A stretch of 64,000 nucleotides of DNA from an uncultured Verrucomicrobiae bacterium (lineage in GTDB: Bacteria; Verrucomicrobiota; Verrucomicrobiia; Chthoniobacterales; JAATET01), in NCBI GenBank assembly GCA_963719495.1, contig CAVRCI010000007.1:96001-160000 (forward strand), in the 5' to 3' direction. Numbering within the stretch: position 1 is the stretch's first letter; every line of letters starts with the position of its first letter. The translations under genes were made by a program, and so were the position numbers. Below, piece after piece: positions 36,901 through 46,333 of the stretch. The notes beneath the pieces were generated by a model that saw only the letters and a program-made list of their open reading frames with translations, had not been told where the DNA came from and did no database searches.

Positions 36901-38023
36901 GGCTTGGAGTGATTGGCAGCGTGAGCAGCACGGTGAGCTGATCCCCGTCGCGCCGCTGGACCAGGGTTTCTCCGCCGAGGAAGCGGGCGTTGCGTCTCGC
37001 CAGCGAAAGTTGGAAGGGCGTCGCGTCTTCGCCGACCGCAAACGGACGGAAGAGTCGCTTCGCCGCGTATTCGGTGAGGCCCGGGATGTTGAGAACCGAG
37101 CGGAACTCGATCGATCCGAACTTCCGTCCCACGCGCAGCTCGATCGAGCGATCCGCGCCGAGCAGCTGACCCAATCCATCGAGCAGCTCGACGAGAGTGC
37201 CGCCGAGCAGCTCCGGACACGACGTCAGCGAGCAATCCTCGACGTAGGCGTCGAGTTCGATCCGCCGGTTGGCGAGCCGGGACCGGAAATCGGTTTCCCG
37301 CGCACTCCACCAGGCGCGGATCCGGATCGGCACGAAGGCGGGTGCCGTGGCGGACTCGCCGCCGAGTTGCCCGAGAGTCCCGATGGTCGTCGCCAGGTCC
37401 CGGGCGGCGGCGTCCAGATCCTCGACGGTCGCGCCCATTTCTCGCGGTAGATTCTCGCTTCGCAACAGCTCGGCGTTCAGCCGTAGCGCGGTCGCGGCAT
37501 CGTCGACGGAACGAGTCAGCCAGCGCGAGAGATCCTGAAACATCTGGAGACCATCACGTTCCAGCCGCTCCTCCAGGACGACCCGCGACGCGAGCCGGTT
37601 CTTCTCGGCCGAATGGCGCAGGAGATTGCGGACCATCAGCCGGGGCTGACGTTCGAGCAGAGCCAGGAAAGCGCTCGCCGAGATGCGCAGGACGACCGAT
37701 TCGCTCCGCGCGACGATCCGAGCCCGGCGCACCACCTCCGGGACCCGGTCGCCATCGGTGTCGATCACGGCCCCCTCACCGACGAACTGCCCCACGTCGA
37801 GCCGCGCGCATTCGGTGAACTCTCCCGCCGCCGTGCCCCGCACGAGCAAAACCACCTCACCGCGGGCCACCACGTGCAGCGCGTCGATCCGGTCGTCATC
37901 GTCGAAGAGAACCTCCCCGGCCCGCAACCGGATCGGGGAGGACTCGCCGGCGAGCCACTCGATTTCGTCCAAAGGCAGACCGTCGCAGAGACAACTCCGG
38001 CACAGCGACTCGACCGGATCCAA
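36890..38023 (-). CDS. cNMP-binding domain fused to a degenerate histidine kinase
   Basis: LRAGEVLF...LHVVARGEV...GQFVGEGAVI...R.ARIVA (cNMP fold); HK remnants LRLNAELL, LFRPF, LSLARRNARFLGG; TTG start inferred. Confidence 0.72.
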   Translation of the reverse strand: MDPVESLCRSCLCDGLPLDEIEWLAGESSPIRLRAGEVLFDDDDRIDALHVVARGEVVLLVRGTAAGEFTECARLDVGQFVGEGAVIDTDGDRVPEVVRRARIVARSESVVLRISASAFLALLERQPRLMVRNLLRHSAEKNRLASRVVLEERLERDGLQMFQDLSRWLTRSVDDAATALRLNAELLRSENLPREMGATVEDLDAAARDLATTIGTLGQLGGESATAPAFVPIRIRAWWSARETDFRSRLANRRIELDAYVEDCSLTSCPELLGGTLVELLDGLGQLLGADRSIELRVGRKFGSIEFRSVLNIPGLTEYAAKRLFRPFAVGEDATPFQLSLARRNARFLGGETLVQRRDGDQLTVLLTLPITPSHGR

Positions 38024-38107
38024 CGCATCCCTTGTGTCGCTCTGCTGGCCGAATACCGACGATTCCCGTGCTTGCAAACCGTCGGGATGATGCCTTCTCT
38101 TCCCCGC

Positions 38108-38983
38108 ATGGCAAGCCGAACGACGATCCTTTTTCGAATCGTTCGCCGCGTGATTCACCCGCGATATCCCCGGCTCGCGGTGATCGCCGTCCTGCTCGCG
38201 ATGCCCGCGAATTTGCAATCGGGTGCCTGGACCCAGCCGAAGGGCGAAGGCCTCGCCGTCCTCGCCTACTACTTTTACACGACCGATGAACAATTCGGCG
38301 ACGGCTGGAAGCGCGAGGACTTCGGTTTCGACGGCCGCTTCACGAAGAACGAGTGGAACCTCTACGTGGAATATGGGCTGACCGACGGCGTGACGCTCAT
38401 CGGGAATTTCTTCCTCGATGGCCTGGCGTTCGAGAATGAATTCGGTCGCGACACGAACTTCGGCCTCGCCGATCAGGTGATCGGACTCCGCTACCGGCTC
38501 TCGGAAAAAATCCCCCAAGCCCTTCAGCTCATGGTGAAAATCCCGGGCCCCTACGACGTGAACGACTCCCCGGCCCTCGGCAATGGCCAGACCGACGTGG
38601 AGCTCGACTACTTCATCGGCCAACCCTTCCCCTTCGGCAGCCGGTGGGGTTTCGTCGACGTCGGCGTCGGCTACCGGCTCCGGACCGCCGAACCCGCCGA
38701 CGAGCTTCGCTGGTATTTTACGGGCGGAGTCGAGCTCACCGACTGGCTCGACGTTTATTTCCTCGAAGCCAGCGGCATCCACGGGCTCGGCAACGACACG
38801 CCGCAGTCCGTCGGCGACAACATCCTCCTCACCACCGACTTCGACCTGATCAAAGTGGGCGCGTCCGCCCTCGTCGAACCCATCCCCGGCTGGATCCTCC
38901 AAGCCGGTCCGTATTGGCAGATCGCCGGACGAGCGACCGGCGCGGGCGGCGGATTCAAAGTCGCGGTCTGGCGGGAATTTTAG
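38108..38983 (+). CDS. Putative outer-membrane beta-barrel protein
   Basis: Signal peptide, AWTQPKGEG, LYVEYGLTD, aromatic alternating strands, terminal VWREF; start 38108 or GTG 38150. Confidence 0.7.
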   Translation: MASRTTILFRIVRRVIHPRYPRLAVIAVLLAMPANLQSGAWTQPKGEGLAVLAYYFYTTDEQFGDGWKREDFGFDGRFTKNEWNLYVEYGLTDGVTLIGNFFLDGLAFENEFGRDTNFGLADQVIGLRYRLSEKIPQALQLMVKIPGPYDVNDSPALGNGQTDVELDYFIGQPFPFGSRWGFVDVGVGYRLRTAEPADELRWYFTGGVELTDWLDVYFLEASGIHGLGNDTPQSVGDNILLTTDFDLIKVGASALVEPIPGWILQAGPYWQIAGRATGAGGGFKVAVWREF

Positions 38984-39154
38984 CCCGCATCGGCAATTTC
39001 GTAGGGGAAACCCTGATTTTTGTCGTTTTTTCAGAAAGTGACAGCCCTCACGACGGATTTTTTGTAAGCAAATCGTCCGAAGCTTCCCGAAACGGGTTGG
39101 GGTGCAAATCGGCTCGATCACCGGGTCAGCCCACCCGCGCGGGTGCTTGACGAC

Positions 39155-42001
39155 ATGAAGCGACCATCCGACATCCCATTCAGATCGATTGCGGCCATCT
39201 CGCTGCTGCTCCTGAGTTCACCCCACGGTTCGGCGGCGTGGCGGAGTGAACTCTACCCTTCCTCCTGGGAGCCGCCGACCGACGCCGTCGCGTTCGAATA
39301 GGATAAAATCATCCAGGATTTCTCCCACGCGGGCTACCGCCGGGGAGAAGCTCCCATCCCGCTCGTCCCGGGTCCCGTCTTCGACGTGACCTCCGCGGCG
39401 TTCGGCGCGGATCCGACCGGGGCGGCCGACAGCACGGCGGCGATCCAGGCGGCGATCTCCGCCGCGGAGACCGCCGGTGCGGGCGTGGTGTTTCTCCCCG
39501 CCGGCACCTATCGCGTGGAAGTTCCGCCCGACGCGACGGCGGCCCTCTCCATCTCGGGTTCCGGTGTCGTCCTGCGGGGAGCCGGGCGCGACTCGACCCG
39601 GATCGTGAATCACACGACCGACATGCGGAACCGGGCCATCATTCGCTGCGCGCCGACCGGCGACGCGAATTGGCGCGCCGCGAGTGGAGCCAGCACCCCG
39701 ATCACCTCCGATCTGCCCGGCCCGACGTCGACCCTGCCCGTCGCGAATCCAGCCCTCTTCCGCGTCGGCGAATGGGTCGTCGTCCGTAACGAAATCACGG
39801 AAGCGTGGATCGCCGAACATCGGGAAGACGAATGGTCGGGCTACGGCGAGAATCTCGGCGGCCTCGCCTACCTGCGACGGGTCACCGCCGTGGACGGCCC
39901 GAATGGTCGGATCTCCATCGATCTGCCCATCCGCTACGCGCTCAAAGTGCGCGACGCCGCCCGCGTCGCCCAGGTCGCCCCGCCCCTGCTCGAGATCGGC
40001 CTCGAATCGTTCTCCATCGCGAATCGCGAAGTGACCGAAGCCACTGGCTGGGGGGAATCGTCCGACGATTACGATCAGCCGGGCACCGGAGCCTACCAGT
40101 GCCACCGTTCGGTCGCCATCGAGCTCGTCGGACTCGCCGACGCCTGGGTGCGCGATGTTGCCTCGTTCCAACCGGTCGGCAACGCCTCGACCGCCCACCT
40201 CTCGAGCAACGGCGTCGCGCTGGAGTTCTGTCGGAACGTCACCGTAACCAATTGCTCCTTCGCCCGACCCCAATACGGCGGCGGCGGTGGCAATGGGTAC
40301 ATGTTTCGGGTCCAGGATTCGAGCGACTGTCTCGTCGAAGACAGCGAAAGCACGTTCTCCCGCCACGGGTTCATCCTCATCGGCATGGCGGCCTCGGGGA
40401 ATGTCTTTCACCGCTGCGCCGATCACCAGACGGCGCGCTACACCGGACCCACCGGCGAGGTGGTCGCCTCCGGGTTCGGCAGCGAGCATCACGCGCGCTT
40501 CAGCCACTCGAACCTGACCGATCACTGCACCGCGGACGCCAGCGCGTTCCTGGCGGTCTACCGACCATTCGGCAACGCGCCGAGCCACAACCTCACCGGC
40601 GCGCACAGCGTGTTCTGGAACACCGAGGGCATCGGCGACCCGATCACGACGGCGGGGGGACCGTCCGTCACCATCGGCGATGGCTCCGAGGTCGTCGCCT
40701 CCCAGCAAAGCCGCTACGGCTACGTCATCGGCACGCGCGGCACCCGGACCGGCGTGCTCACCGGTGCCTACTACACGGCCGCCGATTCCGCCGCGAAAAC
40801 CGACCCGGTCGATCACGTCGAGGGCGTGGGATCGGGCGACACGCTGGCACCGAGTTCGCTGTACTCCGATCAACTCCTCCGCCGCCGCGGCACCGCCGAC
40901 CTGATCGCCGACGCCGGGACCAAGCAGGTGCTCCGCCCTCCGACGACCGACGGCGTCCTTGAAGCTCGGATCAGTAGTGCTCCCGCGGATTTGCTGGCGA
41001 TGCCCGCGACTTTCGAGTGGCTGCAAATCGATGGCCCCGCCGAGGCGACGCTCGACGCGGCCACGTCGGCCCGGACGTCCTACCGCCTGCCGTCCTTCGG
41101 CGTTTATCGCTTCCAAGTCACCGCGACTCTGGGATCGACGTCGACGTCGTCCGCGGTCGAGGTCGAATCCCGAGGTGCGACGGCGGCGACCCAATCCGCC
41201 GACCGCTTCGCGATCCAGGATGCCACTGTCCGCAATTCCTCCGAGGTCTCCCCGACGCCCTTGGGCAGCCAGACGTTTCTCCAGATGAAGCGGGCCAACG
41301 CGGCTGACTTCCAACGCGAGATTCTCCTCGAATTCGAAATCGGCGACCTCGACCTGACGGCGCTCATCGATGCGGAGATGGTGCTCACACCCCGCGATCC
41401 GTCCGATGGCTACCACGCCCGCGTGTCGACGCTGCCCCCGTCGTCGTGGTCGGAGAGCGCCGTCACCTGGCCGTCGCGCCCCGCGATCCGGGACGCCCTG
41501 GGCGACGTCGCCGGGAGCGGACTCGTTCCGCTTCGATTTGGTGTGGCCGACGCGATCCGCGCCGCCCGCGCCGACGGCGAGAGTCGCTTGGGATTGACGC
41601 TCGCCATCGTCGCTCAGACGAGCAGCAGCGAGGTGCCCACGTTCGTGTCTCGCGAGGCGGGAAGTCCGCTCTCCCCCCGGATCGTTCTGACCCTCCTCGC
41701 GCCGCCCCCGACGATTCCACCCGCGACCGTCGTGCCGGAAGCGCTCGAGCTGAAGGTCGGCAAGCGGGTCCGACTCCGGCAAGGCGTCGCCAAACTCCGC
41801 GGGGTCGTCAAGAGCGACACCCGGCTTCGCTCCCTGCGGATCCGAGGCCCCCGGGACAAAACCAAGGCCACCATCGTCCGAAAAGGCCGGGCGTGGAAAG
41901 CGCGCCTTGAGCTGCAGCCCGGTCGCAACCGACTCGTGTTGACCGCCATCGACACCGACGGCACGCGCACGCGGGTCCGGGTCGTCGTCACCGCCCGATA
42001 A
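39155..42001 (+). pseudogene. Secreted right-handed beta-helix glycan-active protein (pectate-lyase-like + PKD-like + DNRLRE/CBM96-like + basic C-terminal domain) interrupted by an in-frame TAG at 39299-39301
   Basis: ATG 39155 gives signal peptide then WRSELYPSSW...AFE*DKIIQDFSHAGYRRGE, in frame with track ORF 39386..42001; FGADPTGAADSTAAIQAAI, VVFLPAGTY; QDATVRN...WSESAVTW...FVSREA. Confidence 0.7.
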
Positions 42002-42010
42002 CCCATCTGG

Positions 42011-43339
42011 ATGGAACGGATCGCCCCGCTCGCTTCGAACGAACGATCCGCCCCCCAGCGGTCGGGATTCCGTGCCGAAGCCAACTGCCTTCGCCTGAAT
42101 CATCGGCTCGTTTCGCCCGTCACCGTCGAACTCCGCGGTCGCGTCTTCCCGGCGCGGGACTGGTCACCAGCCGGGATCTTCCTCGTCGACCGCGACCGCG
42201 ATCTGGAGCCGCTCGACGCGGAATCCGCCGAGATCCGGCTTCCCTGCGTCGACGGCGAACTCCGGATCGCCGCCACCCTCGAACTCGTCCGGTCAGTCGC
42301 CGACGGCTTCGGTTTCCGGATCAAGACGAACCCACGCCGCGAGGCGCGCATTCTGGCCCGATACGCCGAAGAAATCGAGACCGGCGTCCCCCCGTCGCTC
42401 GACGATCTGGAGGACGCGGCGAAATCGGAGGAACCATCCGCCACCAATCCGACCGATCCATCCTCACCGATCCCGTCCCCGGGCACCCCCCCTCCCCGCT
42501 GGTCGACGAAGCATTGGCTGCTCGCGGGCGCTTTCGCTCTTGTCATCGTGGCGCTGGCGTCCGCCGTCCTCCCGTCGTTCCTCACCCGCTTCGTTTCCCG
42601 ACTCAGCGAACCTGAACATTACAAATTGGTCGCCGCGTCGCGGGTTCGCTCGGCCGAACTCGCCGTCCACGACATCGACGGCAAGATCCGCACCGCCAAA
42701 TCGCTTCTCGGCGAGGACGGCAATCCGTCCGCCAAAGTCCGCCTCACCTCCGAGCAGGAACAGCTCCTCCGCCTCGGCGTCGACCAACTCGAATCCGAGC
42801 GCGAACGCCTTCTCGTCCACCTCAAGATCCTGCGCTCGAACGCCGACTCGGTCGGGCGCGGCGACTTCTTTTACGAACAATCCACTCTCGCCGCCTACGG
42901 TGTCGAGTCCGGCAGTGACCCCGCTCCCTACCTCACCGACGTCCTGGCGGACGTGGCCGCGAGCGCCCGCCTCCGCCCCCAAGCCCCCGAGGACATTGAG
43001 AAATTCCTGCTCGTCGCCCGCGGCCGCGTCGAGCAAGCGGAACACGAATTCCGTTCCTTCACAATCCAACGCACCGCCCTCGAAAAAATCCTCGAGCGAT
43101 CCGTCGCCGGGGAGCGCGTCGGCTCCATGCCCTTCAACGCGCTGGAACTCATGCGGCGGGACATCGCGCTACTGGAGGTCAGCGAAGCCCAATCGAAAGC
43201 CACGCTCCGGCTCCTCCGTGAGAATCTCGCCGCCGTGAGCCGGGGCGATCTCACCTTCGAGATCAACCTGCTGGACCGCTTCGACCCCCGACCCTCCAGT
43301 CAGCCCATCCCCGTCTCGGCCGGATCGCTCCATCGATGA
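42011..43339 (+). CDS. PilZ-domain single-TM protein, Alg44-like co-polymerase
   Basis: RLNHR (RxxxR) and DWSPAG (DxSxxG), one TM helix, helical C-terminal region; overlaps the alg8-like gene. Confidence 0.75.
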   Translation: MERIAPLASNERSAPQRSGFRAEANCLRLNHRLVSPVTVELRGRVFPARDWSPAGIFLVDRDRDLEPLDAESAEIRLPCVDGELRIAATLELVRSVADGFGFRIKTNPRREARILARYAEEIETGVPPSLDDLEDAAKSEEPSATNPTDPSSPIPSPGTPPPRWSTKHWLLAGAFALVIVALASAVLPSFLTRFVSRLSEPEHYKLVAASRVRSAELAVHDIDGKIRTAKSLLGEDGNPSAKVRLTSEQEQLLRLGVDQLESERERLLVHLKILRSNADSVGRGDFFYEQSTLAAYGVESGSDPAPYLTDVLADVAASARLRPQAPEDIEKFLLVARGRVEQAEHEFRSFTIQRTALEKILERSVAGERVGSMPFNALELMRRDIALLEVSEAQSKATLRLLRENLAAVSRGDLTFEINLLDRFDPRPSSQPIPVSAGSLHR

Positions 43340-44859
43340 GCGCCACCGTCGACTCCGCGATCATCGATCCGTCGGACGACAGCGAATCCGTTCCCCCAAC
43401 CCACTCGGTCGAATCGTTTCCGCGGTTCGTCGCCCAGGCCTGTCTCCATCTGCTCGTCGCGTGGCTCGCCTGGGAGTGCGCCCTGCTCACCTCGCCCGAC
43501 CGCGATCACCACCTGTCTTTCGGCATCCTCGGCGCGCTCGGGATCTGGCGCTACGGCTGGCTCATCACGAACGTGGTGCGATCCTGGCTCTATCGATACA
43601 TCAGTTTTCCCGCCCTACGGCGACGCGCGGATGCCGTGCCGTCCGCCGCAGCGTTTCCCGCTCAACTCCACGTCATCATCCCCACCTACCGCGAGCACCC
43701 CTGGGTGACCGAGAAGATGCTTCATTCCGTCCTCACGGAATTGTCCACCTTCCCCGGGCGGAAGAGCATTTACCTCACGACCGGTTCCGCGCACGAGGAC
43801 GCCGTCGCCCGCCGCATCGTCGAGTCGGGGGCGCACGATGAGAGTCTGCGACTCACCCTTCTCCGGCAAAACGGCAAACGATCCGGAATGGCCTTCGCCC
43901 TCCGAGCCGCCGCCCGTGCCAACGGCGATACCCAATCCTGCGTGGTCATGATGGACGGCGACACCGTGCTGGCACCGGGCGTCATCCGCCGCTCGCTCCC
44001 GTTTTTTGCGTTCCTCGACCGACTGGGCGCGCTCACGACGAACAACACCGCCGTCACCCGGGGACCGTCCTGGTATCGGAGTTGGTATTCGCTCCGTTTC
44101 GCCCTTCGCAACCGCTACATGTGCTCTGCGAGCCTCTCCCGACGGGTCCTCACGCTCACCGGCCGATTCTCCATCTTCCGCGGGGATCTCGTGTTAACCG
44201 AGTCATTCATTGCCCGTCTGGAGCGCGACGGCACCGACGACTGGCTCCACGGACGGATCGAATTCAAGACCGGGGACGACAAGAGCACCTGGTACGAATT
44301 GCTGCGCGAGGGGTGGGAGATGCTCTACGTGCCAGACACCACGATTCTGTGCCTGGAAAATGCCGGGGCCGCCCCGTTCGCCGAGAGCCTCGAAAAGATG
44401 CGCCGATGGTTCGGCAACATGCTCCGAAACAACGGACGCGCCCTCGCCGTCGGCCCCGCTCGCACCGGCTGGTTCGTCTGGTTCATGCTGCTCGATCAAC
44501 GAATCTCGATGTGGACGAGCCTCGTCCTCCCCGTCACCGTGATTCTGCTCTGCTTCGTCTTTTCGCCGGTTGCCATCCTCTTCGCTTTCGCTTGGGTCGT
44601 CGCGACGCGATTTCTTTACGTCTGCTCCCTCGTCGTCGAAGGCCATCACTTGAGCGCGCTCGACGTGCCGCTCCTCGTCTTCCAACAATGGGGCGGATCC
44701 TTCATGAAGATCGTCGCCTTCTCCGACCTTCGCCGACAACGCTGGGCCGCCACCCGCGAGGATCGCCACTCGGGCGATTCACCCTGGTTCTCCTATCTCC
44801 AAACCGGACTTTGGTTGAGCCTCTTCGTGCTCGTCACCGCCGTCGTCGTCCTGACCTGA
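43336..44859 (+). CDS. alg8: Alg8-like GT2 (mannuronan/alginate synthase family)
   Basis: GALGIWRYGW, GKR, MDGDT, VLTLTGRFSIFR, TGDDKSTW, RWFGNMLR, LLDQRISMWTSL. Confidence 0.82.
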   Translation: MSATVDSAIIDPSDDSESVPPTHSVESFPRFVAQACLHLLVAWLAWECALLTSPDRDHHLSFGILGALGIWRYGWLITNVVRSWLYRYISFPALRRRADAVPSAAAFPAQLHVIIPTYREHPWVTEKMLHSVLTELSTFPGRKSIYLTTGSAHEDAVARRIVESGAHDESLRLTLLRQNGKRSGMAFALRAAARANGDTQSCVVMMDGDTVLAPGVIRRSLPFFAFLDRLGALTTNNTAVTRGPSWYRSWYSLRFALRNRYMCSASLSRRVLTLTGRFSIFRGDLVLTESFIARLERDGTDDWLHGRIEFKTGDDKSTWYELLREGWEMLYVPDTTILCLENAGAAPFAESLEKMRRWFGNMLRNNGRALAVGPARTGWFVWFMLLDQRISMWTSLVLPVTVILLCFVFSPVAILFAFAWVVATRFLYVCSLVVEGHHLSALDVPLLVFQQWGGSFMKIVAFSDLRRQRWAATREDRHSGDSPWFSYLQTGLWLSLFVLVTAVVVLT

Positions 44860-44891
44860 AAAAGCCGCCGACGCCTCACGCCGTCAGACCG

Positions 44892-45533
44892 TCAATACCG
44901 GATCGCAACCGGCATGCCGACTTCCGCCGCCGCGAAGAAATCCTGAATCACCGTCTTGCTCACCCGGATGCAACCGTGCGACGCGGGCTGGCCCGGCACC
45001 GGGATCGGACCCTGGTGCATCCCCACGCCACCCGACGTCAAGCGCATCCAATAGGGCATCTTCGCCCCGTCGAAATAACCACCCGGCGGCGGCACGTCGG
45101 TGCGCGCATCCGCGTCGTAATTGATCACGTTGCCGTTCGCGTCGTAGATCCAGCCGTAGAGGTTCGACGACTTGTCGACGATCTTCTCCATCACGTTGAA
45201 ATTCCCCGCCGGCGTCCCGTAGTTCTCCTTGCCCGTCGCCACGAGGCCCACCCCCGCGAGCCGGTCGCCCTGGTAGAAGTAAGCCCGCTGCTCGGAAAGA
45301 TTGATCACCATCGATGGCCGACCGGCGTAGGCCGGCGGATCCCCATCCCAATAGCTGATGTCGTCGTTCACCTCGGTCTGCCCGGTCGCGCCCGTGTTCT
45401 GATACTGCGTCTCGAACTCCCCGCCAAGGTAGGGCGTGTTGTAATACCCTCCGCCGCAACCGGTCAGAACCACCGTCGCGAACCCAACGAGAGCAAAAAT
45501 CCGAGCCGGGCGATCGAGAACCGAAAAGAACAT
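44892..45533 (-). CDS. L,D-transpeptidase (YkuD) lipoprotein
   Basis: Lipobox LTGC; INLSEQRAY, TPAGNF, MPYWMRL, GMHQG...ASHGCIRV. Confidence 0.9.
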   Translation of the reverse strand: MFFSVLDRPARIFALVGFATVVLTGCGGGYYNTPYLGGEFETQYQNTGATGQTEVNDDISYWDGDPPAYAGRPSMVINLSEQRAYFYQGDRLAGVGLVATGKENYGTPAGNFNVMEKIVDKSSNLYGWIYDANGNVINYDADARTDVPPPGGYFDGAKMPYWMRLTSGGVGMHQGPIPVPGQPASHGCIRVSKTVIQDFFAAAEVGMPVAIRY

Positions 45534-45582
45534 GCGAAGGCATTAGCACACCAAATGCGCCAGCGCCACCACGGCCACCGAA

Positions 45583-46275
45583 TTATTTCGCGCCCTTCCG
45601 CTCGCCAAAGATCGCGGTTCCCACCCGCACGAGCGTCGCGCCTTCGTCGATGGCGACGCCGTAATCCCCGCTCATCCCCATCGACAAAGCCGAAAACGGC
45701 AACCCGGTCTCCGCGGCCAGCGCATCGCGCAATTCCCGGAGTTCCCGAAAAAACGGCCGCGAGGCCTCCGCTTCCTCCGAGTAGGGCGCCAGCGTCATCA
45801 GCCCCTCGATCTGCAACCGCTTCAACCCCAGCAGCGCGTCAAGATCCCGCCGCAACCCGTCCGGCGAGAACCCATACTTCGACGACTCGCCCGCGACGTT
45901 CACCTCGATCAACACCCGCGGAAAGAGCCCCTCCTCCTCCGCGATCCGATCAATCGACTCCGCCAGATCGAGCGAGTCCATCCCGTGAAACAACTCGATG
46001 CCCGCCAGCACGCGCCGAATTTTGTTCTTCTGCAAATGCCCGATGAAGTGCCACCGCGCACCCGCCGGCATCTCCGGCCGCTTCGCCAGCACCTCCTGCA
46101 CGCGACTCTCGCCGAAGACCCGCTGACCCGCGTCGAACGCCTCGCGCAGCGCTTCGACCGGCTTGCGCTTCGACACGGCGATCAGTTCGACGTCGTCCGC
46201 CGACCGACCCGCCGCCTCACACGACGCCGCCACCCGCCCACGCACGGCGGCAAGATCATCGGAGATTTGTGACAT
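45583..46275 (-). CDS. yggS: Pyridoxal phosphate homeostasis protein (YggS family)
   Basis: LIAVSK, FGESRVQE, WHFIGHLQKNK, GLMT, LSMGMSGD, VRVGTAIFG. Confidence 0.95.
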   Translation of the reverse strand: MSQISDDLAAVRGRVAASCEAAGRSADDVELIAVSKRKPVEALREAFDAGQRVFGESRVQEVLAKRPEMPAGARWHFIGHLQKNKIRRVLAGIELFHGMDSLDLAESIDRIAEEEGLFPRVLIEVNVAGESSKYGFSPDGLRRDLDALLGLKRLQIEGLMTLAPYSEEAEASRPFFRELRELRDALAAETGLPFSALSMGMSGDYGVAIDEGATLVRVGTAIFGERKGAK

Positions 46276-46301
46276 TAGAAAAATAAATGAAGGTGATATT
46301 T

Positions 46302-46320
46302 CTATTAGTTCGTCTAATAG
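46302..46320. promoter_or_regulatory. Probable LysR-type operator in the 58-bp divergent yggS/lysR intergenic region
   Basis: CTATTAG-N5-CTAATAG inverted repeat containing T-N11-A in an AT-rich gap. Confidence 0.55.
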
Positions 46321-46333
46321 TAGTCCAAACGGC

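Noticed and set aside
39299..39301. Pyrrolysine or genome-wide TAG recoding
   Set aside because: TAG serves as a normal stop for several genes in this window and no pyl genes are present
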